The notes beneath the pieces were generated by a model. It made no database searches, had not been told where the DNA came from, and was given only the letters and a program-made list of their open reading frames with translations. From Escherichia phage UGJNEcP3, in the sequence record OV876907: a DNA stretch of 64,000 nt; one strand, given 5' to 3'. The translations under genes and the position numbers were made by a program. The first letter of the stretch is position 1; each line of letters begins with the position of its first letter. This document shows, piece after piece, positions 30,165 to 39,572 of this stretch.

Positions 30165-31496
30165 TCAAACATAATAGGCATCAGTACGAGCACGGGTAAT
30201 ACTAACATAAGCCAGCTGTGAAGCTAAATTGGCATCTGCCATGTGCATGCACGGAGTATAGATGAAACTGTTTTGGACAGTAAGACCCTGTGATTTATGA
30301 ACAGTGCTCACCGGAAGAGCTCGAACCTTAGTGAACATTCGCTTAGCTTTCCAGAAATCAGCCCACTTAGGTTTCTTACCAGTTCCACGCATAGCCTTGT
30401 ACTCAGTAGCCACCTTAGCCAAGAAATAATGGAACTTCTCAACTGAAGCCTCATCAATAACTTTCAAGTGTTCTACATAGTACTCGTCATCCTCATCAAC
30501 AGATTCAACCTGGAGGTCCCAGTAATTAATCATCTGGCGAGTGCCTACATCCTTGGCAGACAAAAACAATGAGGTGTGGTTCACATCTAAAATACGAACC
30601 ATCTGGCCGTTATTAAAAATGGTTTCAGAGAATTTCTTACCGTCGTATTCAAGTTCCTTAATAAAAGGCTCTTGCATCACGAGGATTTCACCCTTAATAT
30701 AAGGCGCATCGGTTTCATAAAGCTTTTTACGAATAATACTATTCAGCTTTTCAACTGATTTATTTGTATAAGCAAACATCCTATTCTCAAACAAGGCATC
30801 TGCGTCTTTTACGATGGAAAAATAATTCATCATAAAATCTTTTAAAGCAGTCTGAGATTTAAAACCATGGACACCGTGTCCTTCGAATACACAATCTCTA
30901 AACCATCCACCATTACGGATTTCAGTAGCCACCTCAATGATAGGAGCATTACTACGCATCACTTCAGTCAAATGCAATTGCTTTATTTTTGGATGCGTAA
31001 AGAATGGAGACAACTGAGGACTACCATCACTTCCAGGTTCCACAGGCTGTAGCTGAGCTCGGTCACCAATCCCTAATACAGTACACCATGGTGGCACGGA
31101 AGACTCAATAATCTTAAACAACTTACCGTCAATCATTGAGCCTTCATCAACAACTAACACATTACACTTGCTCAAGTCAGGAGCTTCTCGTTGTTCAAAG
31201 ATATCCTGGTCTTCGTATGTAGTAGGGTTAATCTTTAAGATTCGATGAATTGTCGATGCTTCTTGGCCTGCGAGTTTAGACAATACCTTTTTGGCTGCAT
31301 GTGTAGGTGCAGTCAAAATAACTCCGAGTTCACCATTCTTGACCAAGTGGTCAAGGATAAATTTAGTAAGGGTTGTTTTACCTGTACCGGCAGGACCGTT
31401 CAATGTAATCCATTCGCCCTTACGTCGTTTAATAGCTTCAATGATTTCTTTAAAGGCCGTCCTCTGGCCGATGTTCAAGTCTTCAAATGTAATCAT
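30165..31496 (-). CDS. dda: Dda SF1 DNA helicase
   Basis: 443 aa; Walker A GPAGTGKTTL, ILTAPTHAAKK, ASTIHRILKINP match T4 Dda (memory). Confidence 0.9.
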   Translation of the reverse strand: MITFEDLNIGQRTAFKEIIEAIKRRKGEWITLNGPAGTGKTTLTKFILDHLVKNGELGVILTAPTHAAKKVLSKLAGQEASTIHRILKINPTTYEDQDIFEQREAPDLSKCNVLVVDEGSMIDGKLFKIIESSVPPWCTVLGIGDRAQLQPVEPGSDGSPQLSPFFTHPKIKQLHLTEVMRSNAPIIEVATEIRNGGWFRDCVFEGHGVHGFKSQTALKDFMMNYFSIVKDADALFENRMFAYTNKSVEKLNSIIRKKLYETDAPYIKGEILVMQEPFIKELEYDGKKFSETIFNNGQMVRILDVNHTSLFLSAKDVGTRQMINYWDLQVESVDEDDEYYVEHLKVIDEASVEKFHYFLAKVATEYKAMRGTGKKPKWADFWKAKRMFTKVRALPVSTVHKSQGLTVQNSFIYTPCMHMADANLASQLAYVSITRARTDAYYV

Positions 31497-31792
31497 GCCA
31501 ATTTTACTCGCTTAACATATAAAGTGTCTAAAACTAATTTAAGTTCTCGGGCTCGTTCTTCGGTAGGATATACTGTTTTAGTTTCCCACTTATCAAACCA
31601 CCATTTTCTTGGCGTGCACACTGTTTCAAGGCGTCCAAGCTGAAGATATCTTTTTGTTGAGATTTCATAAGCCTCTAAAGCAGTGTCGGCTCCAATCTTT
31701 GTCGAATACAAAGTCACTTCACCGGCATCTTCTAATGGAATTTCGTACCCGTCTTTGTCCTTGTGAACTAATACGTATGCATAGTACATCAC
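31493..31792 (-). CDS. hypothetical protein (dda.1 position)
   Basis: 99 aa overlapping dda start. Confidence 0.6.
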   Translation of the reverse strand: MMYYAYVLVHKDKDGYEIPLEDAGEVTLYSTKIGADTALEAYEISTKRYLQLGRLETVCTPRKWWFDKWETKTVYPTEERARELKLVLDTLYVKRVKLA

Positions 31793-31793
31793 G

Positions 31794-32528
31794 TTAACCT
31801 CTAATCAGTGAAAAAATTGAAGCATTCAGCGGAAGACCTTTTTTCAACTTCAATTTGTCAATAAAAGAAAGGTGTTCTAAACGCTCCAGACCTTGAATAA
31901 TTTTATCATACATATCGTAACGCGTTTCTGCTTCAGACAATTTAAACTTGACACGCCAGTCAGGTCCACCAATTAAAGATTTAAGACCTTTTTCCATAGT
32001 ACCAATTGAAGCATTAGAACCATGAATACGAGCCTTAACCGCGATGACAGAAGGGGTCTTATCAGTAGCTCCTGATTTAATAAGGTCCTTAAGTCGTTTT
32101 TCACGCTTTTTAAGGCCTCTTTGGGTGTCTTTAATATTTTTAACGATTTTACGAATTTTATAATAGTTATCGGGGGTGACTTTAAAACTATTAGGCATTT
32201 TAGAACTACCTGAAATACGGACCGCTAAACGGGTTTGTGCACGTTTCAATTCGTCTAGAGACAAATCGGCCCGTAAGCTGTTATACTTGATTTTAACTGG
32301 GATTACATTACCCTCAATATAGCCGATATCATTATTAAAACGTTCAAATGAAATCTTATCACTAACTGAATTCTCATCAAAGCTCTCGCCTGAATAAGCA
32401 CACACTTTTTGTTCGAGAAGTCTACGAACATACTTACTAGACAGATTGAAGTCCTTACCACGTTTATAAGCAGAAGCTTTGGTGTGTTTGCGGCGGTTGT
32501 AAACCTTTAACTCAAATTCAGGGGTCAT
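31794..32528 (-). CDS. hypothetical basic protein at the srd position
   Basis: 244 aa K/R-rich; syntenic with T4 srd; not sequence-verified. Confidence 0.5.
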   Translation of the reverse strand: MTPEFELKVYNRRKHTKASAYKRGKDFNLSSKYVRRLLEQKVCAYSGESFDENSVSDKISFERFNNDIGYIEGNVIPVKIKYNSLRADLSLDELKRAQTRLAVRISGSSKMPNSFKVTPDNYYKIRKIVKNIKDTQRGLKKREKRLKDLIKSGATDKTPSVIAVKARIHGSNASIGTMEKGLKSLIGGPDWRVKFKLSEAETRYDMYDKIIQGLERLEHLSFIDKLKLKKGLPLNASIFSLIRG

Positions 32529-32563
32529 GGTATTTTTCTCATCTTACGGACGATTAGTTGATA

Positions 32564-32601
32564 GGTTCTATAGTATCATGTTGCTTGGTAAAGTAAACAC
32601 T
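32564..32601 (-). promoter_or_regulatory. early promoter
   Basis: GTTTAC(32593-32598), 17 bp, caTGaTACTAT, AGAACCTATCAACTAA box. Confidence 0.55.
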
Positions 32602-32667
32602 TTTTTGCTTTAAATTTTCGACGGTATAATGAATCAAGGACTTTGCCTTTCAATTAAACCGGGTGGT

Positions 32668-33282
32668 TCAGTAAGAAAGAACGGAAAGATTCCAAATGGT
32701 GTAATTATTCCATTTAGGATTTCTCTCAATAGAGTCTACGCGCAGCGTAGTTCCCGCAGGGAACATCATCTCATCTTCATCATTAATTAATTGTAAGTTT
32801 GCTACACGTGTAGATTCAGGAAATGCGCCTGGGAACTCTTCAGGGGGCGCAGCACATAACATTTTAAAGATTTCTTCCTGATAATTGTACACAAATGGTG
32901 CATCATTAATACAAAAGATATTAAATGTGCCGTAGAAGTTATAAGATGCGAAATTCCTTGCCACGTTGAAGTCTTTAGAGAAGCTCATCACGCGGTCGAA
33001 TTCAATTACCGCACCTACACACATTGTGGACTCTAGATACCTCATAGTCTTTTTAGATATGCCGCGATAGAGCTTATCAGGCACTACAGAAGTCAGGTTC
33101 TTACGAATAATTTTGTTCAGAGTTTCCTGGATAGAATCAGGTTTATTTTCCATACACTGCCAGAGCGTGCTCTGTTCTAAATCAGAATACACCTCATCAA
33201 TTTCTATCTGAGTATTCTCACGGAAATCATCGCATTTGACATTGTTGATAAATTCTGCTAATTTATAGCTTGGATATAACAT
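32668..33282 (-). CDS. Mod-type mono-ADP-ribosyltransferase (ModA/ModB family)
   Basis: 204 aa; R-S-E-type motifs: YRG, SFS, E-x-E-like EDEMMFPAG; tandem with a paralog. Confidence 0.75.
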   Translation of the reverse strand: MLYPSYKLAEFINNVKCDDFRENTQIEIDEVYSDLEQSTLWQCMENKPDSIQETLNKIIRKNLTSVVPDKLYRGISKKTMRYLESTMCVGAVIEFDRVMSFSKDFNVARNFASYNFYGTFNIFCINDAPFVYNYQEEIFKMLCAAPPEEFPGAFPESTRVANLQLINDEDEMMFPAGTTLRVDSIERNPKWNNYTIWNLSVLSY

Positions 33283-33299
33283 ATTATTCTCCTCAGTTG

Positions 33300-33340
33300 A
33301 TAGAAAGATAGTACCACAAGCCTCCTTGCCTGTAAACTAA
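33300..33340 (-). promoter_or_regulatory. early promoter
   Basis: GTTTAC(33332-33337), 18 bp, gTGgTACTAT, CTTTCTATCAACTGAGGAG. Confidence 0.5.
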
Positions 33341-33906
33341 AAATCCAACATTTTTAAATGAATTATTTTGTACTCGATTTCGTATGGATCCCTTTTGACG
33401 GTTTCGATTGCAACAATCTCAAATCGCGATAGACTAGAGACCATGAACTCGCATTCAGTTTCAACCATATCATAGAGGTCGATACGAGATTCATCTATTT
33501 CAAGCTCATCCACATTCCCTGCAAGAACAAGGTCGATAGCATGATTGTAGTAGTCGAAAATGAACGGTGCATTCCTGAGACTTAAAATGGTTTTGGTTCC
33601 ATACTCCCATGCCCCTGCGAACTGACGAGCCTGAGAGTATTGTGTACTAAAAGAAGTAACTCGACCAGGAGACCATTGACACCCTACTGAAAGGAGCTCT
33701 AATTGCTCAAGTTCTCTGGGGGTAATCCCGCGATACAACTCTACTGGAACCGCTGAAGTAACATGCTTGCGAACCAGTTTGTCGAGGTCGTAATGGAAGT
33801 TAGGGTCCTTTTTAGCGTCCAGACATTTTTCTAAAAGATTCTGTTCGTGTTTTGAGAATTTGGAATTGATTCGGTCTTGATAAAGACATTTTTGTTCGAT
33901 GTTCAT
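33337..33906 (-). CDS. Mod-type mono-ADP-ribosyltransferase (ModA/ModB family), paralog
   Basis: 189 aa; YRG, TSFS, ECEFMV motifs. Confidence 0.75.
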   Translation of the reverse strand: MNIEQKCLYQDRINSKFSKHEQNLLEKCLDAKKDPNFHYDLDKLVRKHVTSAVPVELYRGITPRELEQLELLSVGCQWSPGRVTSFSTQYSQARQFAGAWEYGTKTILSLRNAPFIFDYYNHAIDLVLAGNVDELEIDESRIDLYDMVETECEFMVSSLSRFEIVAIETVKRDPYEIEYKIIHLKMLDF

Positions 33907-33930
33907 ATGACCTCCAGTGATTTAGAGGTC

Positions 33931-33959
33931 ATTATAACATGAAGGGAGGAGGTGTAAAC
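33931..33959 (-). promoter_or_regulatory. early promoter
   Basis: GTTTAC(33954-33959), 17 bp, caTGtTATAAT, GACCTCTAAATCA. Confidence 0.55.
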
Positions 33960-34213
33960 TACTTAAACACACCAAGTGGGGCGCCAAACACTGCAATGTC
34001 AGCAGCCATGCCTAATGAGGATTGGGTATATGAAGTATAGGAGCTTTTTGATTCATAAGAGCTTTTTGTTTCTGGCTTCTCGGCTTCAATCTTAGGAGCT
34101 TTCGCCTGAATATTTTTTTGCTCGATTTCCTTACGAGCCTGTTTACGGTCGATATCCAACGCCGATGTAGGTATATTAGTCAGCCAATTCATTATTTTAC
34201 CCAAGGAGCCCAA
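33959..34213 (-). CDS. hypothetical protein (84 aa)
   Basis: early-strand ORF; hydrophobic C-terminus. Confidence 0.5.
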   Translation of the reverse strand: MGSLGKIMNWLTNIPTSALDIDRKQARKEIEQKNIQAKAPKIEAEKPETKSSYESKSSYTSYTQSSLGMAADIAVFGAPLGVFK

Positions 34214-34380
34214 GGTGGAGGGTCTAAGTAATAAGAAGCAAGGTCACTAAGGACCTCTTTAGGCAACTTAAAACCGTGCTTCTGTATAATCATATCAAGT
34301 TCGTTGACAAGGTCAACAGGCGGCTCCTGAGTTGTTTCAGGCTCAGGGTCTGGGATGACAAACATATCAAATAAGTCCAT
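34192..34380 (-). CDS. hypothetical protein (62 aa)
   Basis: early-strand ORF overlapping neighbours. Confidence 0.5.
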   Translation of the reverse strand: MDLFDMFVIPDPEPETTQEPPVDLVNELDMIIQKHGFKLPKEVLSDLASYYLDPPPWAPWVK

Positions 34381-34871
34381 TAGTAACCACCGATAGGGCC
34401 GTAACCGTACATACGAGCTCGTAGCTTAGCATCATGAATAGCTTCTTCGGTCGGGGTAAAGCGCAAACCTATATCAAAGTGTTTCCAAATCTGACATTCT
34501 ACTTCCGCCAGGTCTTCGACGGTAGAAATCAGATAAGTACGACCTTTAAGACGTTCGCCTGTCATTGTATCATGACCTTTATAGAAAATATCCGTTGTTC
34601 CTTCGGCATACGGGTCCGCCGGATAACGATAGCCTTTGATATGCAAGGCTTGAGCCACACTAAAAGGGCATCCCTCAGCAACATCAACGTTTTGATTATG
34701 GCGTACTTTCATCATAACATTTTCAGGAAGATTGATATCTTTTAAGCGCGATTCTAACTGGGTGATAGAATTCATACCGTTGTCAACAAGGATAAGACTT
34801 GCTGTAGCATCATAAGGACGCGTTTGGCCGGCAGAATCACGTACATGGAATTCGAGTTCATAGACTTTCAT
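34380..34871 (-). CDS. hypothetical protein (163 aa; mrh position)
   Basis: size and position resemble T4 mrh; unverified. Confidence 0.55.
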   Translation of the reverse strand: MKVYELEFHVRDSAGQTRPYDATASLILVDNGMNSITQLESRLKDINLPENVMMKVRHNQNVDVAEGCPFSVAQALHIKGYRYPADPYAEGTTDIFYKGHDTMTGERLKGRTYLISTVEDLAEVECQIWKHFDIGLRFTPTEEAIHDAKLRARMYGYGPIGGY

Positions 34872-35025
34872 TATGTTTTCCTCTTCTTAGTTTACCTACT
34901 AAAGGACCATCCGGAATTTTATTTTCTTGGATGTATTTCTCGTTTTCTTCCATCATTTTACTACCAATTTTAAGAAGCAAATCCAGTGCCTCTTTAGCAT
35001 GTTTTTCAGCCTCTTCAGTAGTCAT
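34858..35025 (-). CDS. hypothetical small protein (55 aa)
   Basis: ATG overlaps upstream stop (ATGA); its stop overlaps next ATG; not in ORF track. Confidence 0.4.
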   Translation of the reverse strand: MTTEEAEKHAKEALDLLLKIGSKMMEENEKYIQENKIPDGPLVGKLRRGKHNESL

Positions 35026-35222
35026 GATTTATCCCCATAGATGTCACGCATAATTCTAAGAGCTTCACGTTCTAATTTCTTTTCGCGTTCGTCACGGATG
35101 CCTTTAAGAATCCATTCCTCGGATTCACGTTTCATTTCTGCATTAGCTTGGTCTAACCAACCGTCATCAAGATAATCACCGGGACGGTCTAGCCAATCTT
35201 TAAGCCATGATAAAGGTTTCAT
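35022..35222 (-). CDS. hypothetical protein (66 aa)
   Basis: early-strand ORF, charged. Confidence 0.5.
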   Translation of the reverse strand: MKPLSWLKDWLDRPGDYLDDGWLDQANAEMKRESEEWILKGIRDEREKKLEREALRIMRDIYGDKS

Positions 35223-35557
35223 TAATCACACGAGCTAGACGACGAGTCACAGCTTCCTGAGTCATAAGACGAATAAGAAGAATCACCAGTCCAAGAACTA
35301 ACAGCCGCCGCAACCATAATAGGAGTACTATCAATATGGCTTGTGCGACGAGCTTCTAAATGTTCTTTTAACTTTTCAGAATTCAAAGGAAGGGCACCTG
35401 GGCCTACATTACCTGCTTTTTCAGGTTGCCGGATAACTTCTTCCATCATACCATCGCCCACATAAACATATTCCCTTAACTTAACGTCTGATGGACTAAT
35501 AGGAACCGGACCTTCGCCTGGGGTAATTTTGAATAAATTCTTAAGCCACTGAATCAT
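35222..35557 (-). CDS. hypothetical protein with Ser/Cys-rich C-terminal tail
   Basis: 111 aa ending ...DSSYSSYDSGSCDSSSSSCD. Confidence 0.55.
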   Translation of the reverse strand: MIQWLKNLFKITPGEGPVPISPSDVKLREYVYVGDGMMEEVIRQPEKAGNVGPGALPLNSEKLKEHLEARRTSHIDSTPIMVAAAVSSWTGDSSYSSYDSGSCDSSSSSCD

Positions 35558-35799
35558 AGGAAACCTCGTTTAAATTCAACTTTATCGATATCATCAGTCT
35601 CGTGACGGATTTCAGCATTAAATTCGATAGAACCGTCTTCATGCATCATAAATGAATGGACAATAACTTCGGTATACCAAGGAGTATAAAAGTACTTTTT
35701 CAATACGTGGTTAGCGATAATTTCATCCAAAGTTTTATTAGGTTTAATCCAACGATTTAACATAGTGTTCTCCTCTATAAGGTAAGACCATCTTAACAC
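35554..35799 (-). CDS. hypothetical protein (81 aa)
   Basis: early-strand ORF. Confidence 0.5.
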   Translation of the reverse strand: MLRWSYLIEENTMLNRWIKPNKTLDEIIANHVLKKYFYTPWYTEVIVHSFMMHEDGSIEFNAEIRHETDDIDKVEFKRGFL

Positions 35800-35829
35800 A
35801 ACCTTTCTAGAAAGTAAACCCTTAAAACG

Positions 35830-35854
35830 AAAAAAGGAATCCCGAAGGATTCCT
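35830..35854 (-). terminator. intrinsic terminator hairpin after soc
   Basis: minus-sense AGGAAUCC-UUCG-GGAUUCCU stem-loop followed by T-run. Confidence 0.6.
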
Positions 35855-35859
35855 CATAA

Positions 35860-36102
35860 TTAAACTCCAGGTGATACAGGAGTCGGCGTGAACATTGCTG
35901 CGTTCTTGGTCTTCCAGTCAGCAGCATCAGTCACTACGGTTGAGTAGGCTGCAACGGCCGAAGGAAAAGTCTGATAATGAGCATTGGCAATACGGTGCTC
36001 GTTCGAATAGATTTCAAACGGAACTGATACTTCAACACCTTTAACTTCTTTACCTTCACCAGCTGGATGCGTAAAGGTTTTTATATTAACGAAACCACCC
36101 AT
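35860..36102 (-). CDS. soc: small outer capsid protein Soc
   Basis: 80 aa; ...VNIKTF......HYQTFPS..AAYSTV... matches T4 Soc (memory). Confidence 0.85.
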   Translation of the reverse strand: MGGFVNIKTFTHPAGEGKEVKGVEVSVPFEIYSNEHRIANAHYQTFPSAVAAYSTVVTDAADWKTKNAAMFTPTPVSPGV

Positions 36103-36133
36103 AATTAACTCCTTTGTTGTTTAATTACAGGTG

Positions 36134-36141
36134 TATTTATA
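36134..36141 (-). promoter_or_regulatory. T4-type late promoter TATAAATA for soc
   Basis: minus-sense TATAAATA ~30 bp upstream of soc ATG. Confidence 0.65.
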
Positions 36142-36144
36142 TCA

Positions 36145-36666
36145 TTAATAACCACGGTCCTGACGAGCAAAGTTCTCGGCATTTTTCAGATAATACAGTT
36201 TAAAGATTTCTTCTGCAGTAAGTCCAAGACCCTGGAACATATTCAGAACAAAGTGCAGAATATCAATCATTTCGAATTTAATTTCGAGTTGGTCTTCAGG
36301 AGACAACTCGTCGATACGACGATTACGGAATTCAGCATGCTGAGCTTTCCAAGGCTTCCACACACTAGAGGCTGCTTTTTCACCGTTGGACATACCGCCA
36401 AGAGAAGTCAGCAGTTCACGGAATTCATCGTCAATATAATCTTTCTGGTTGCGAAGCCAATCGACGACTTGACCTGCGGTAGCCAGTTCATCAGGATTAG
36501 AGTTGAATTCTGATTTTTCGGTAGCCAGGCGAACCTGTAAAGATTTCTGCATATCAAGCATAACTTGCAGAGGGTCTTTATCTTCATGAATCAGAGCATT
36601 AAAATAAGCTTCCTCAGCTTTATCAACACCAGAAATCAAACCACTACATTCGTTAAAAAATGCCAT
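36145..36666 (-). CDS. 56: dCTPase/dUTPase (MazG-like) gp56
   Basis: 173 aa; size, position (between soc and 61) and helical NTP-pyrophosphatase character. Confidence 0.8.
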   Translation of the reverse strand: MAFFNECSGLISGVDKAEEAYFNALIHEDKDPLQVMLDMQKSLQVRLATEKSEFNSNPDELATAGQVVDWLRNQKDYIDDEFRELLTSLGGMSNGEKAASSVWKPWKAQHAEFRNRRIDELSPEDQLEIKFEMIDILHFVLNMFQGLGLTAEEIFKLYYLKNAENFARQDRGY

Positions 36667-36670
36667 TATA

Positions 36671-37327
36671 TTATTTCCTATTAAAGTTTTCTATCATTCG
36701 TCGATAACAAATATCAGGATATCCATTATCAACAGCTATTTTATTAAATTTGGTGCGTTTAGGTTTATTATTGTAAACCCATAATTCATAAAGCATATCG
36801 TAACTATTCCATATTTCTCCACGCCTAGGATTTGGCAAACCATATCGAGGGGAATCTTTACCACTAAATCTTCCTTTTCTAGCTTTACTCATATTGGCCT
36901 TGGCTTCATCAGATATAATTTTATCTTTATGAGCCAGGCGCATTTTGGCTTTAGTTTCTTCAGGAGTTTTCATCCCTCTAATCCAGGAAGGTTTACCAAA
37001 CATCGGGTTATTTTTTCCCGAAAATGCTTTAGCGTTATTTTCTCTTAACGTGGCTATAGTTCTACTAGTTAATTTAACTCCTTTATTATATCTCATTAAA
37101 TTAACAGCATAATGTAGACCTTTTACTTCGGGATATATTTTTGTTAAAAGCCTATGAGCTACAAAGTGTTCTCTTGGCAATAAAGCAACTAAATTGTTTT
37201 TATCATCAGAACCATTCATACATCTAGGTATAACATGGTGTTCTTCCGTATAATACGATAAAGACCGCTTAGAACCTCTTAATTTTCCTTTAGATATTAA
37301 TTCCTGGTATATTTTTTCGTAATTCAT
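36671..37327 (-). CDS. HNH homing endonuclease with NUMOD3-like repeats
   Basis: 218 aa; HNH core EEHHVIPRCMNGSDDKNNLVALLPREHFVAH; repeated GKNNPMFGK / GKDSPRYG modules; between 56 and 61. Confidence 0.8.
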   Translation of the reverse strand: MNYEKIYQELISKGKLRGSKRSLSYYTEEHHVIPRCMNGSDDKNNLVALLPREHFVAHRLLTKIYPEVKGLHYAVNLMRYNKGVKLTSRTIATLRENNAKAFSGKNNPMFGKPSWIRGMKTPEETKAKMRLAHKDKIISDEAKANMSKARKGRFSGKDSPRYGLPNPRRGEIWNSYDMLYELWVYNNKPKRTKFNKIAVDNGYPDICYRRMIENFNRK

Positions 37328-37329
37328 GG

Positions 37330-37360
37330 GATAATTGTATCATTAATTTGTAAAGCAAGT
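37330..37360 (-). promoter_or_regulatory. possible MotA-dependent middle promoter for the HNH gene
   Basis: minus-sense TTGCTTTA MotA-box-like motif ~12 bp upstream of TACAAT. Confidence 0.4.
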
Positions 37361-37368
37361 TATAAATA
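37361..37368 (+). promoter_or_regulatory. late promoter TATAAATA for plus-strand small ORF
   Basis: exact TATAAATA 22 bp upstream of ATG 37390. Confidence 0.5.
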
Positions 37369-37389
37369 TTAATTTAACAGGAGGATAAC

Positions 37390-37590
37390 ATGGGCAGTAT
37401 TTTTTACCAAATCTGGAAATTGGCCGAAAAGAAAGACAAGAAAATGATGTTAGGTTTTCTTGCGCTAGACGTATTCCTTTGGAATCTTTTAGTAGTTCCT
37501 GTAGCCGCTAGCCAAGGGGTAATTTTACCAGCGGTTACAATGGAACACGTATTAAGCATAATTGGATTCTTTAGCGGAGTTCCTGTCTAA
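37390..37590 (+). CDS. small membrane protein (66 aa), opposite strand to neighbours
   Basis: AGGAGG SD 6 nt before ATG; hydrophobic segments; own late-promoter motif. Confidence 0.5.
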   Translation: MGSIFYQIWKLAEKKDKKMMLGFLALDVFLWNLLVVPVAASQGVILPAVTMEHVLSIIGFFSGVPV

Positions 37591-38615
37591 ATTTTAGAAT
37601 ATTTTGAAAGCCTCATTTTTGCCATTAACCCTTGGGCTATATTAGCTTTCATATACGCCAATATATCATTTATATCAGCTTTATCTTTCATAACCATATC
37701 ATTTATATCTTTAGAAGGCCATGGAGCCTTGTCCCAGAATAGGACCCTTTCGCCGGCATCAACTAATCGTTGCATACGCTTAATTGTGTCAGGATGACGG
37801 GGTTCATTGTCCATTACCCAAGCACGAGTTTCTTTACATGGAACCATAGCCAAGTCCAACGACCCACCAGTAATTGCTATTGCATTAGGTACGAATAATG
37901 AATCAATAGGACCTTCCATTACCCACACCAATTGACGTTCGTCAACTGTATCCATTCCATATATTTTTGTAGCTTGGTCATGAGCTTTTATTGTAATATA
38001 TTTTTGTGGAGCATCTTTACGCAAGGCTCGGCCCTGAAAACTTTCAATTTGTTTATTCTTATTGAAAATTGGAATAACCAAACGTGGTTCAGGCATTTCT
38101 TTGGAATAGGTCCCTGGATTCACAGAGTTAACTAATGCTGGCCATTCTTTAGTAAACCATAACCGATTCCATTTATTTTCAGGAATGCACCGCAGAGTTA
38201 CATACTTAATAATAGGATGGTCTTTCGGCATTCTATCTAATCGTTCACAGAAATTAAGCTTTTCAATGACAGGCATCTTAGCTTTAATTTTTTCAGATAT
38301 CTCCACCTTAGGTGCAGCTTGTCTCCCAAACGATTGCTCTTTATGTTTCTCAAGAATATATTCGCGATATAAATCAGGCTCATATTCGTATAGGTACTTC
38401 TTAATTCCTGCCGAATAATCACAGTTAAAACAGTGCAGCATTACGGAGCCATCATTAGCTGGATAGGCCCAAAAACGAGCTTTGTTCTCATCTTTTAGGG
38501 AGTCGCCACATACACGACAACGACAGTTTAATTTAAAATCACTACCGGTTACTTGTCTGAATTTAGGTTGGTAATTCAAGGCACGTACAGCAAATTCTCT
38601 ATCGACATATGACAT
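37587..38615 (-). CDS. 61: DNA primase gp61
   Basis: 342 aa; N-terminal zinc ribbon CRCRVCGDS...HCFNC; size identical to T4 gp61. Confidence 0.9.
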   Translation of the reverse strand: MSYVDREFAVRALNYQPKFRQVTGSDFKLNCRCRVCGDSLKDENKARFWAYPANDGSVMLHCFNCDYSAGIKKYLYEYEPDLYREYILEKHKEQSFGRQAAPKVEISEKIKAKMPVIEKLNFCERLDRMPKDHPIIKYVTLRCIPENKWNRLWFTKEWPALVNSVNPGTYSKEMPEPRLVIPIFNKNKQIESFQGRALRKDAPQKYITIKAHDQATKIYGMDTVDERQLVWVMEGPIDSLFVPNAIAITGGSLDLAMVPCKETRAWVMDNEPRHPDTIKRMQRLVDAGERVLFWDKAPWPSKDINDMVMKDKADINDILAYMKANIAQGLMAKMRLSKYSKI

Positions 38616-38831
38616 TGTTTTTCCTTGGGCTCTAAATTAATAGAGCCATTATATCATTCGTTTTCGGATTTTTCTTTACGCTTTTTGGATGGGATTTGTT
38701 CAGGCCCTTTGTTGACGACTGCACCTGAGGTAGTTCCGGAGGCAATATTAGATGGGTTTCCACCTGCATCACCTGCGACCATATCTTCGTTCATAACTTC
38801 TTTAAAAGATTTCATAGGCTCCTGGCCTTAT

Positions 38832-39023
38832 TTATATTACGAAAATAGCTTTATCGCCATTTGCATCAGTGACTTCGTACGTATCTTCGTGGTAAAGTGG
38901 GATAATCCAGGTCACACCATCATCAGCAATAACATGGATAGCTTCTTGGTCTTTTGATACGATTTCATATTCTTCGAACAACTCGAATACAGAAATCTTA
39001 GAGCCCGTACACATTGCACTCAT
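38832..39023 (-). CDS. hypothetical protein (63 aa)
   Basis: early-strand ORF, acidic. Confidence 0.5.
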   Translation of the reverse strand: MSAMCTGSKISVFELFEEYEIVSKDQEAIHVIADDGVTWIIPLYHEDTYEVTDANGDKAIFVI

Positions 39024-39219
39024 ATTGTTCCCTTCTTTTAATCAGGTGGCGATGAGCCTTTTTAAGTTTACGAAGCTGGCGTTTAGTTGGCCGTGCAACA
39101 TAAGCTTGAGTAGTTACTCGTCCAAAAACACCATACTTAGGTGAAGGAGAATCAATAAAGACTTCCCACTGGCAGGAGTAACCATATACCGCTTTAGAGA
39201 ATTGAGTTAAAACAAACAT
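38998..39219 (-). CDS. hypothetical basic protein with RPTKRQ motif
   Basis: 73 aa; VARPTKRQLRKLKKAHR shared with ORF 40363-40659. Confidence 0.55.
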   Translation of the reverse strand: MFVLTQFSKAVYGYSCQWEVFIDSPSPKYGVFGRVTTQAYVARPTKRQLRKLKKAHRHLIKRREQYECNVYGL

Positions 39220-39220
39220 A

Positions 39221-39571
39221 TCAACCTCGATTCATAAAGGCATTAAAAATCTGGTCGTCGACAGACTGTTCTTGAGCTTTGTCTACCCCGTTCAAAATGT
39301 CGTTCGCTTCATCAGATAGCATGACTCCAATTTTGGGATTTCCTGTTATCCAGGCGGCGCAATCACGTACATTCTTTTTATCAAATGGATAGCCACGAGT
39401 ATCTTCATAAGGTCCATTCATTACCAGGAATGAGCGAGCCTTTATGATAATATCATCTTTAACGATAATATAACCAATCGCTTGATTAAACCGAGGGTCG
39501 CGGAATTCATAATGAGCATTACCATCATTATTGCTCGCCAGTTCAAAATTCAGAAAATTGTAATCATTCAT
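39221..39571 (-). CDS. hypothetical protein, member of paralog pair
   Basis: 116 aa; C-terminus SVDDQIFNAFMNRG shared with next ORF. Confidence 0.6.
   Translation of the reverse strand: MNDYNFLNFELASNNDGNAHYEFRDPRFNQAIGYIIVKDDIIIKARSFLVMNGPYEDTRGYPFDKKNVRDCAAWITGNPKIGVMLSDEANDILNGVDKAQEQSVDDQIFNAFMNRG
39223..39252. repeat. ~30-bp direct repeat, copy 1 (copy 2 at 39585-39614)
   Basis: near-identical ...AAGGCATTAAAAATCTGGTCGTC... at both sites, encoding the shared C-termini. Confidence 0.8.
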
Positions 39572-39572
39572 A

